From contig NC_043011.1 of the NCBI RefSeq assembly GCF_006345805.1, forward strand, positions 54,200,464 to 54,264,463: a stretch of DNA of 64,000 nt, given 5' to 3'. The position numbers and the translations under genes were made by a program. Below, in pieces: positions 54,452 to 64,000 of the stretch. This DNA comes from Octopus sinensis (taxonomy: Eukaryota). The notes under the pieces are model-generated. The model saw nothing but the letters and a program-made list of their open reading frames with translations, did no database searches and was not told the DNA's origin. Each line of letters starts with the position of its first letter. The first letter of the stretch is position 1.

Positions 54452-54930
54452 CTTTTAGTTGTTTCAGTCATTGGTTCACGGCCATGCTGGAGCACCGCAT
54501 TGAAGGGTTTTAGTACTCCTTTTCTTTACTTTTTTTTGTAAATCTGGTACTTATTCCACTTCGTTCTATTGCCGAACCGCTAAGTTACGGGGACAACGGT
54601 GGAGAAGGGGGCAAGCACACACACACACGGACGCACTCACACATACACACACACACACATATATATATATATGAATTCGGTAAGCGGAAACGGAGAGAAT
54701 CCCATCGTATGTATGTATTTACGTGTGCGCGTGCATGTTTGTATATATATATATATATATACATACGATGGGATTCTTTCAGTTTCTGCCTACCGAATTC
54801 AATCATAGGATCTTGGTCAGTCTGTGGTTATAATGCATGACATTTATCTAAGGTGTCATGGAATGGAATTGAACCCAGAACCATGTGGCTTGGAAGCAAA
54901 CTTTCTGCCACACAGTCATCTCTGTGCCTG
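54452..54930 (-). mobile_element. SINE family B, diverged
   Basis: gtttcagtcatt...ggccatgctggagcaccgc...gccgaaccgctaagttacgggg...gaacccagaaccatgtgg. Confidence 0.85.
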
Positions 54931-55316
54931 TAAGTATGCATACGTATGTTATACATGTACATATAACATGACACATACATAGAAACTTGCATACATACAT
55001 ACAGACAGACAGAATATATGCATAACACATTCATGCCAACATACGTATACACACATATACATAATACATTCATACATACATGCATACATATATGCATACA
55101 TACACACATGCAAGCATGCATACGTACATACATACATACATACATACATACATACATACATACATACATACATACGCATATACATGTATTCTCTTCCATG
55201 TTTTTTTAGCATTTCACATATTTCAGTTGTAAACAAACCGACACCGGCAATAAAGTGTTGAAAGACAAATGCACAAAGATGTACATACACATACAGGATT
55301 CCTGTAAGTATGTATT

Positions 55317-55353
<37 letters not shown>

Positions 55354-55354
55354 T

Positions 55355-55703
55355 TATGTATTTATATATGTGTATATATTTACAGTATGTATTTATATAT
55401 GTGTATATATTTACAGTATGTATTTATATATATGTATATATTTACAGTGTGTATTTATATATGTGTATATATTTACAGCATGTATTTATATATGTGTATA
55501 TATTTACAGTATGTATTTATATATGTGTATATATTCACAGTGTGTATTTATATATGTGTATATATTTATAGTATGTATTTATATATGTGTATATATTTAC
55601 AGTGTGTATTTATATATGTGTATATATTTACAGCATGTATTTATATATGTGTATATATTTATAGTATGTATTTATATATGTATATATTTATAGTATGTAT
55701 TTA

Positions 55704-55710
<7 letters not shown>
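55355..55710. repeat. 31 bp minisatellite, about 11 copies
   Basis: Unit tttacagtatgtatttatatatgtgtatata at 55379, 55410, 55441, 55472 and onward. Confidence 0.92.
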
Positions 55711-55769
<59 letters not shown>

Positions 55770-55771
<2 letters not shown>

Positions 55772-56040
55772 TGAGAAAGTTGGTGTGTGAAAGCACGTGG
55801 TTGAATATATAGAAAATAGTAAAAAGTGAAAAAACTACAGAAGGCTTGTTTTAAAAGGTTAAAAATATATATATTTGAGTCATTATGTCTGAAGAATGTA
55901 TAAATTTTTTTCATACAATGACAAAGTTTTTGAAGAAATGACCGGTTTCGCGTTCAGCTTTTCAAATTTCTTACATCGTTATGTTTACGTTGAGAAGTGT
56001 GAAGAGAGTTCCAGATAAGGGGAGGTAATAAGTGATTTCT
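55770..56040 (-). mobile_element. Penelope-like terminal fragment with degenerate minimal hammerhead
   Basis: 55971-55934 reads AGAAAT-ttgaaaa-GC-tgaac-GC-GAAA-CCG-GTC-ATTTCT; abuts (TA)n. Confidence 0.55.
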
Positions 56041-56059
56041 CCCGGTGTAATGAAGAAAA

Positions 56060-57135
56060 CAATATTTTACGTGTTGGAAGTGAGCTTCTCAAGAAGTATT
56101 CTCTTCCTGATGATCTCCCATACAACCCCAAATCAGTCGGGCAAGCTCACCTCAAAAAAGACCTGGAAGTGAAACGCTCATCATACCGAAAAAGGACCAT
56201 GCATGGGTATGTTTCTCGTAGACTTCAAGAAGATAGTAGCATTGGCATAAAGCAAAGCATTTCTAAGACACGTGACTGGTACTTCGCATCACACTTCGAA
56301 GGCTATGCATTTGCAATCCAAGAACAGGAGATTCCTACTAAATACCTGATCAACAAAAGAGACAGTGAAGCCGTTGGAGCTCCATGATGCAACCGAGAAA
56401 TGTAAATTATGTCATATTTCTGTGGAAGACATCCCACATGTGGTTAGCAGCTGCTCCAAAATGCCATCAAGGTATTACCTCCCTTGGGTTCAAATTCCGC
56501 CGAGGTCAACTTTGCCTTTCATCCTTTCGGGGTCGATAAATTAAGTACCAGTTACGCACTGGGGTTGATATAATCGACTTAATCCGTTTGTCTGTCCTTG
56601 TTTGTCCCCTCTGTGTTTAGCCCCTTGTGGGTAGTAAAGAAATAGGTATTACCTCCCTATGCGACATGGCTCTGTTGTAGAAAGAATATACAAGGCCATT
56701 CGGAAAAAAGACTGTCCTGGAATAATTATAAAGACTCGCCCTGTCATTGAATACCAACGCAAATACAACCACAAGGAATGCTGGTGGCACATTCCCATCA
56801 AAACATATGTCCAGTATAATCATAATAGGTCAGATATTGTTGTTTGGGACAGACAAGAAAGGTATGTTCCGTCATAGAGGTCAGCTGTTCTGCTGATGTG
56901 AATATTTTTTTTGAAAATCAAAGACGAAGAAGGTAACTGCTTGGAAACCTCCGGTTTCTCTATCCGGATTACAAGTTTACATTTATACCAATAATAGGCT
57001 TTGTGAGTAAATGCCTTACTGTCAGTCTGGGGAAGCTTGGATTTTCAGAAAAAGAAATGAATCAACAGATTCGCACATTACCAATACAATCTGTAAGCGA
57101 AACGTTTAAAATGTGACTTTGCTTTCGTTATCCGC
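56060..57135 (+). mobile_element. RLE-type (R4/Dong/NeSL-like) LINE 3' region, interrupted by a SINE
   Basis: HGY...SHFEGYAFAIQEQEIPTKYL...CKLCHISVEDIPHVVSSC...RYYLP|MRH...WW...NRSDIVVWDR...VIEVSC. Confidence 0.88.
56485..56643 (+). mobile_element. 5'-truncated SINE A with Tx1-like tail and 15 bp TSD
   Basis: aggtattacctccct at 56470-56484 and 56644-56658; removing the insert restores RYYLPMRH. Confidence 0.95.
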
Positions 57136-57234
57136 ATTCCAAAGACGGAGGTTTGTATATTTGTGAAAAAGCAGGTGCTTCTTATTAGAAAGAATTAAAA
57201 TGACTAAATACAGACGAGACATACATATATATAT

Positions 57235-57405
57235 ATGAGAGGGTGCTAAAAAGTTCCGAGTTCTTTTACAGAGCTTAGAAAATCTGAAGGGCCGCAGCAA
57301 TAAATATGTGAATCTGAGAGAGTAATACGTCGCATAAAATCGTAGCTTCCTGATTCTCCTGTATTTTCTTTTACACAAAGCCAAGAAATTTTCATATCTC
57401 TCCCA
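57235..57405. mobile_element. Degenerate mariner-type MITE
   Basis: tatgagagggtgctaaaaagttcc left end and aagaaattttcatatctctc right end, loosely complementary. Confidence 0.4.
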
Positions 57406-57422
57406 TGTGTATGTTTATATAT

Positions 57423-57468
<46 letters not shown>

Positions 57469-57609
57469 TTTAGGCATATTCAAACCTGTACTCAAATGAG
57501 TGGATCCCAAGCCTAGCCTACCGGGACTACGTTGTTTTATTCCCATAAATTTAGTCCGGCAAAAGTAATAAAACTATTTCCTAAGCTGATTTGAAATCCA
57601 TTTTATTCC

Positions 57610-58026
57610 TTTCTTCTCTAGGTACAAGGCCCGAAATTGTTGGGTAGGGGGCCAGTTGATTAGATCGACCCTAGAACGCAACTGGTACTTAATGAACCCG
57701 AAAGGATTAAAGGCAAAGTCGACCACAGCGGAATTTGAACTCAGACAGACGAAATACCTATTTCTTTACTACCCACAAGGGGCTAAATAGAGAGAGGACA
57801 AACAAGGACAGACAAACAGATTAAGTCGATTATATCGACCCCAGTGCGTAACTGGTACTTATTTAATCGACCCCGAAAGGATGAAAGGCAAAGTCGACCT
57901 CGGCGGAATTTGAACTCAGAACGTAACGGCAGACGAAATACCACTAAGCATTTCACCCAGAGTTCTAACGTTTCTGCCAGCTCGCCGCCAGACGAAATAC
58001 CGCTAAGTATTTCGTCCGGCGTGCCC
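57610..58026 (-). mobile_element. Nested SINE A: Tx1-tailed copy (57759-57988) inside an ordinary-tailed copy
   Basis: TSD cagacgaaatacc at 57746-57758 and 57989-58001; outer halves rejoin into one SINE. Confidence 0.92.
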
Positions 58027-58543
58027 CTGAAATCCATTTTATTACAAAGGCAATGTCTAAGGAATGTACCAAAATGTTAGTATAGGCTTGAAATCGAAAG
58101 ATGCATCGCTTCGATAAGCCATGGCTTTTATAACACTGATCGCCTCATTTTTGCGATAACATCCCACAATTCCATAGTTCTCATTCAACCGACATCTTGT
58201 CACCTCAGCACAAATCTACATTCAGGCGATATTGTAAGATTTAGTGTCCAAGCGGTAACATCTAAACATCCATCCATCCATCCATCCATCTAACCATCCA
58301 TCTCATTCGGTCTGTACATGTGTGCTTATGTCTGTTTCTTTCTCTCTATTATATGTATATATTTGTGTGTATACACGTCTGTATGTATTTATGTATGTAT
58401 GCATGCATGTATATGTGTATGTATGTACGTAAATGTATGCACACCAACACACGTGTATGTGCGAGTGTATAAAAGCCACAATCTGAGACAAATCAGCACA
58501 TCATACAAAATCACGTCTATTTCTTAGGATGTGTGTGTGTGTA

Positions 58544-58576
<33 letters not shown>

Positions 58577-59555
58577 ATTATATATATATATATATATACA
58601 CAGAAAGAGAGCCAGCGAGAGAGAGAGAGAGAGAGACATAAATGTAGAAGTATATAACATATGTGGAGGAATACACACACACACATACACACACACACAC
58701 ACATATATATATATATTTACATGCATGTCTGTACGTACATATGTATATATAACTAAGTATACATATATAATATACAATATATACATATGTGTGTGTGTAT
58801 ATATATATATGTATGTATGTACGTATATATATGTGTGTGTCTATATATATACATATATATATCTATATATGTATTTATATATACATATATATCTATATAT
58901 GCGTATATATATATACATATATATATCTATATATGTATATATATATCTATATAGGTGTACATATGTATATATGTTTATGTATTATATAAGTCATGTATTT
59001 ATAAAAGTAGAAACATTGCTAAAGAGATCGATAAAATAATCAGAACATTTTCGGAATACATGGAAAAATAAATAAAAAAAACTAAACTCAAAAAATGCAA
59101 AAAGGAAAAAAAATACTCCTCCAAAAAACAGCACACCAACAACATAGTAAACACGTAACAAACAAAAACATCATCAATGAAACTAAATATAAAGCGACTG
59201 AAGACGTAGAAGTGAAAAATGTGCAACTCTATGGCGTATTTGTGGTGCCAGGGAATAACTGCCATTGCTAGTGAAAATAAATGAGTGAATCATTGGGAAA
59301 CAAGATGTCTGCTTTATAACTTGCAAAAGCAGACGACAGACAACCCAGAAAGAAATTTGCATAGATTATTATTGGAGTTATTTTTGTTAATCTGGCAGGC
59401 AGCGTCGTACAGAAATAAAGTAAAAGTGAGAAGAAAATAAAACAAATTGAATAAAAATGTGAGATATGGGAGATTATATATTATATATTATATATATATT
59501 ATATATATATATATATACATACACATAATATGTGCATTATATATAACACATTTGT

Positions 59556-59589
<34 letters not shown>

Positions 59590-60524
59590 ATATATATATA
59601 ATACACATATATTAGTATACTATATACACTAATGTGTGTATGTTTATACATAAATCTGTATGTATATATACATACACACATATATATATATATATATGCA
59701 TGTATATAATTATATAGAAAATTGTATATATATATAACTATACAAAATTGAATACATATATATATATATATATAGTTATAGATACATAAAGAAATACATA
59801 CACACACACACTCATACAGTTAAAACAAAATATGAAGATTAACGATCTCTCATTTGAATCGAACACGCTCCGCTGGGTCCGAATAACCGGAGATGTGCCG
59901 TCGTGATTTTTTCTCCCCTTCGTTTTTGGTGCGAGACTTTTTGTATTTATTTTCTTTTTACTGTTTTAAATGCGGTACAGTTATATAAGTTTTGCTGCTT
60001 CTTTTTTTTTTTTTTTTAAAAGAAGGAATTTGAGGTGCGGTAAGAGTAGAAAATAAACGAGAGGTGGTGGAGGAAGATGGCGTCGCTGGTCGACGTGAAA
60101 GTATTAGATTTTAATTATAGTTTGTTATTTTTTAGTATTTTAATTACGTTATTGATGCTACTATTGTTTTTGTAACGATTCTCGACTTTCAACATTATTA
60201 TTATTATTATTATTATTAGTAATAGCGGAATTAAATATTTAATGGATATAAAATTCGTCCTGAAGTGAGATTTCATTATCATTTTACGGTCATTTTATTA
60301 TTGTCGCTTTACTACTACTACTACTACTACTACTACTGGCAGTAGGAGTAGTAGTAGTAGTGGTAGTAGTAACCACTGCTGACAGTGTTGCTGATGAGAA
60401 TGATGATGATGTTAATGGTGTAATTAATAATGAGCCTGAAAGTAGCAATGGGTCTAGTGAGATGTGTGATTGTATGTACATGCTCTCGCGCGTACACACA
60501 CATATATACACTCAGACACGTATG

Positions 60525-61112
60525 CAGAGAGAGAGGGAGGGATAGAGAGTGGGGATGAGAGGGTGGAAGAGACAGGGGAGCAAAAGAGAGAAGGAGAGAT
60601 GAAAATAGTGAAAGGAATACACAGAGAAAGAGAGAGTGGGAGAGAGAAGAGAAAGAGAGAGTGGGAGAGAGAAGAGAAAGAGAACGAGAATGAGGGAGAA
60701 ATAGATTGACAGAGAGAGAAAAAGAGAGAGAGACAGATAGACAGAGAGAAACGGAGAGTGGGAGAGAGAAGATAAAGAGAGAGAGAATGAGAGAGAAAGA
60801 GAAATAGATAGACGGACAGAGAAAAAGATATATATATAGAGAGATAGACAGAGAGAAAGAGAGAGTGGGAGAGAGAAGAGAAAGAGAATGAGAGCCAGAA
60901 TGATAGAGAGAGAGAAATAGATAGACAGATAGAGAAAAAAAGAGAGACAGATAGAGAAAAAAAGAGAGACAGACAGAGAGAAGAAGAGAGAAAGAGACTG
61001 ACAGACACACAGAGAAAATAGACAGACATAGAGAGTGAGAAAAATAGAGTGAGAAAGATAGAGAGAGATAAACAGAAAGACAGGGAGAAAAATAGAGAAA
61101 GAGAGAAAGAAA
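60525..61112. repeat. GA-rich low-complexity tract
   Basis: Direct reading. Confidence 0.9.
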
Positions 61113-61149
61113 GTACTTTTGTCACGTTACAAAAGATGATCAAACTAAG

Positions 61150-61800
61150 TAACAAGGTTCAATTCCTGATGATATTTCCTTTACACCTTCAGTGACAAAA
61201 GGGAAAGGCATGAAAGCCATTGTACTATACTTATACTTACAAACCTCTGAATAAATTTAGACAATAAACTGACTCTATTCAAGGTATTGAGCCCTCCTTT
61301 GTAAAGTAAAATCGCTAAAAAGACTTCTAACAAATGCGAAGCTTTACACAACAACCAAGTAACCAACGGTTAAAAATGTGGACGCCCAAACTGTGGATCA
61401 TGCCCCAACCTACTGGAAGGCTCGGAATTCTTATTCGAACAAGGAGAGAGGTTCACAATTAAAACCAACTTCACTTGTGTTTCCAAGAGTTATGAGCAAG
61501 TTATATTATAACTTGCTCAGGTTGTGGACATAACTATATAGGGCAGACAAGTATGACACGTAGATAGAGAACAACACTACATAAGGAACAGATCCGGTTC
61601 CTGCAGTACAGACATATTCTTTTGAGTGAACACATAGAGATTCGTGGATAATTTCCTAACAAACTTCACAGTTTTCCCCATCTACCAGTGCAAAGAAATA
61701 ATTTCTACACAAAAAAGTTTAAATAAAGAAAATTTGTTCATTGAAAAATACAGAACACGTCTAAATATGAATGCATAACCAACTTTGATATCAGTATATA
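61150..61800 (+). mobile_element. Penelope-like element GIY-YIG endonuclease remnant
   Basis: FTIKTNFTCVSK / YIITCSGCGHNYIGQTSMTRR*RTTLHKEQIR...LSEHIE...KENLFIEKY...LN (YIITC starts 61502). Confidence 0.85.
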
Positions 61801-62134
61801 TTTTAATTCATTATCACATACCCATCATTGTACATATTTCTTCTCTCTACTTTAGTTTTTGAGTATATTTATCTTCTCCCCGAAAGTTGAACAATTACCA
61901 CCTCTCTTTCGAATAATAACGATCACCAGTTACCTCCTCTTAGATTTTTCTACTTATTGATTCATTCACAAAGTCACAAACTTCCACACACAACATGGAC
62001 TTAAATAAGAAATTATAATATTTTCAATGTCATGATTGGCGAAAGCGAAACACAATATAAAATATATTAAAACTATGTAAGGTGTGTGCATATATTCTTT
62101 ATGTATGTGTGTGTATATATATATATATATAGAC

Positions 62135-62295
62135 ACAGGCGTAGCTGTGTAGTAAGAAACTTGCTTCCTAAACACATGGTTCCGGGTTCAATAACACTGC
62201 GTGGCACCTTAGGCAAGTGTCTTTGTATTATAGCCTTAGGCCGACCAAAGCCTTGTGAGTGGATTTGGTACATGGAAACTAAAAGATGCCCGTCG

Positions 62296-62346
<51 letters not shown>

Positions 62347-62526
62347 TGTGTGTGTGTGTGTGTGTGTGTATTTGTGTCTGTGTTTATGTCCCCGAACCTT
62401 GGCGGTTCGGCAGAAGATGCCGATAGGATAAGTATTAGGCTTTATAAAGAATATGTCCTGGAGTCGATTTGTTTGACTAGAGGTGGTGCTCCACCATGGC
62501 CGCAGTCAAATGACAAACTTGTTAAA

Positions 62527-62528
<2 letters not shown>
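62135..62528 (+). mobile_element. SINE family B
   Basis: gtagctgtgtagtaag...catggttccgggttcaa...ggcaccttaggcaagtgtctt...catggccgcagtcaaatgac. Confidence 0.88.
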
Positions 62529-62570
<42 letters not shown>

Positions 62571-62733
62571 TATTTAAAAAAGATGTGGAACACGAGTTGT
62601 GATATATAAAAAAAGGAAAAAAATGAAGAAAGCTGACAAAATAATTTAAGTAAGGGAGAGTGTATTTAATTAGGTGAAAGTTCTTTTTACCGGTTGCGCA
62701 TTTGTTATGCTTATCAAAAGATATTTTTTAAAA

Positions 62734-62775
62734 GAGATAGAGTTCCTTTCTGATAGATTTTTTTCTCTTATCTAT

Positions 62776-62809
<34 letters not shown>

Positions 62810-62910
62810 ATATACATATATACATATATAATATACATATACATATATATATAACTATACATATATATATACATATACATATATATATATACATATATAT
62901 ATATAATACA

Positions 62911-62947
<37 letters not shown>

Positions 62948-63008
62948 GTATATATATATATATATATATAGATAAGAGAAAAAATCTATCAGAAAGGAAC
63001 TCTATCTC
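62734..63008. repeat. Near-perfect inverted repeat (about 40 bp unique arms) around a TA-rich tract
   Basis: gagatagagttcctttctgataga(t7)ctcttatc versus gataagag(a6)tctatcagaaaggaactctatctc. Confidence 0.92.
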
Positions 63009-63052
63009 AAGAATTTTTGATGTAACACATGTCCTTGTGGAAGCTGTTGTGC

Positions 63053-63130
63053 GCGGCTGAAGAAGGCCACAGACATACCATTATGCATTGTTATAAATCT
63101 GTCTAATAAAGGCCCGAAACTTGTACCCGC
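63053..63130 (+). ncRNA. Candidate type I hammerhead ribozyme
   Basis: GCGG-CTGAAGA-A-GGCC-(acaga...tctgt)-GGCC-C-GAAA-C-TT-GTA-C-CCGC; all core nucleotides present. Confidence 0.55.
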
Positions 63131-63294
63131 TGAATCCTTGCATCATCATGTTTTTATTTTGATCAATATATATATATATCTATATATATATATATATATA
63201 TAATATATATATAATATATATATATATATACATAATATAGGTATGTCTGTCTCTCTATCTACCGTCTATCGTGTGTATTTGTGTGTGTGTTTTT

Positions 63295-63510
63295 TACTCT
63301 TTACCTTTAAATGATTCCAGTCATTGGATTTCGGCTATGCTGGAGCAAAACTTTGAAAGGATTTTGACGAACAAATCAACTCCAGTATTAAGTCGGATAT
63401 ATTGATCCTACAGGTCGCTTTTGCCGAACTGCTAAATTACAGGAACATTAACAAGCCAACACCGGTTGTTAAACGGTGGGAGGCAAACACAAACACACAA
63501 ATGCACACAT
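63295..63510 (-). mobile_element. SINE family B 3' part, diverged
   Basis: cagtcattgg...atgctggagca...ttttgccgaactgctaaattacagg...caacaccggttgt. Confidence 0.75.
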
Positions 63511-63599
63511 GGGAACGGCGTATTACCACCCAATCTGTCTACAAACACAGCCAGGCTGAAATAATTAATGCATTCTTCCAGGAGTGAATAAAAAATTCT

Positions 63600-63715
63600 C
63601 AAACTTGAGGGGATGGGCCCCTTAGATACTAACATGGGCCCCCATATATAGATTCTAATGGCGCAGGGGCCAACTTGCCATCGGGCAAGCTGGCAATCTG
63701 GCCAGTCCGCCACTA
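63600..63715 (+). mobile_element. hAT-like MITE end
   Basis: Repeated gggcccc motifs and terminal ggccagtccgccact; only one end visible. Confidence 0.35.
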
Positions 63716-64000
63716 CGGACAAGCATATGGGCGTACGTGTAATGCGTAAAATAATTTTTAACTACAAAGAATGTAAAGCCCTATAAATCAAAACGGAGGT
63801 TACATTTTGCTCACATTACGATTGTTAGTTTCGCCATATTGGTTCTTCGTGTAATAAATTTTATCATCCATTTAGTTTCGTTTCTTGACAAAACATATCA
63901 ATGAAGAATACTCTCGTATTATCTCTACAAAATATCTCTGTTATCTACAAAGTGTGTTACTTTATGTGATTGTGTGTGTGAGCGTGCACTTCAACACAAT

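Noticed and set aside
55355-55710. Regular 31 bp repeats resembling a CRISPR array
   Set aside because: No unique spacers; AT-rich head-to-tail minisatellite in eukaryotic DNA

Overview
AT-rich, microsatellite-saturated animal genomic DNA. The SINE repertoire and the (TA)n/(CA)n/(AAT)n density suggest a coleoid cephalopod such as Octopus (inference). I found no supportable host protein-coding exon; almost all ORF-track entries are translated microsatellites. The window is intergenic or deep intronic and is built from decayed mobile elements: CR1, Tx1, RTE and R4/Dong-type LINE fragments, Penelope-like pieces (Naiad-type RT, GIY-YIG, minimal hammerhead motifs), a full-length dead DD34D mariner, a DD36E Tc1 fragment, three pogo-type MITEs, a probable Helitron and at least five tRNA-derived SINE families. 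Best leads: (1) a SINE subfamily whose 3' 42 nt match the tail of a Tx1 LINE in the same window and which inserts with 12-15 bp TSDs, preferentially into the head of its own family; (2) a tRNA-headed element carrying a hammerhead ribozyme motif in a Penelope-like inverted arrangement; (3) several further minimal hammerheads, one with an intact core; (4) fold-back duplications centred on (TA)n tracts, one next to a tandem triplication.
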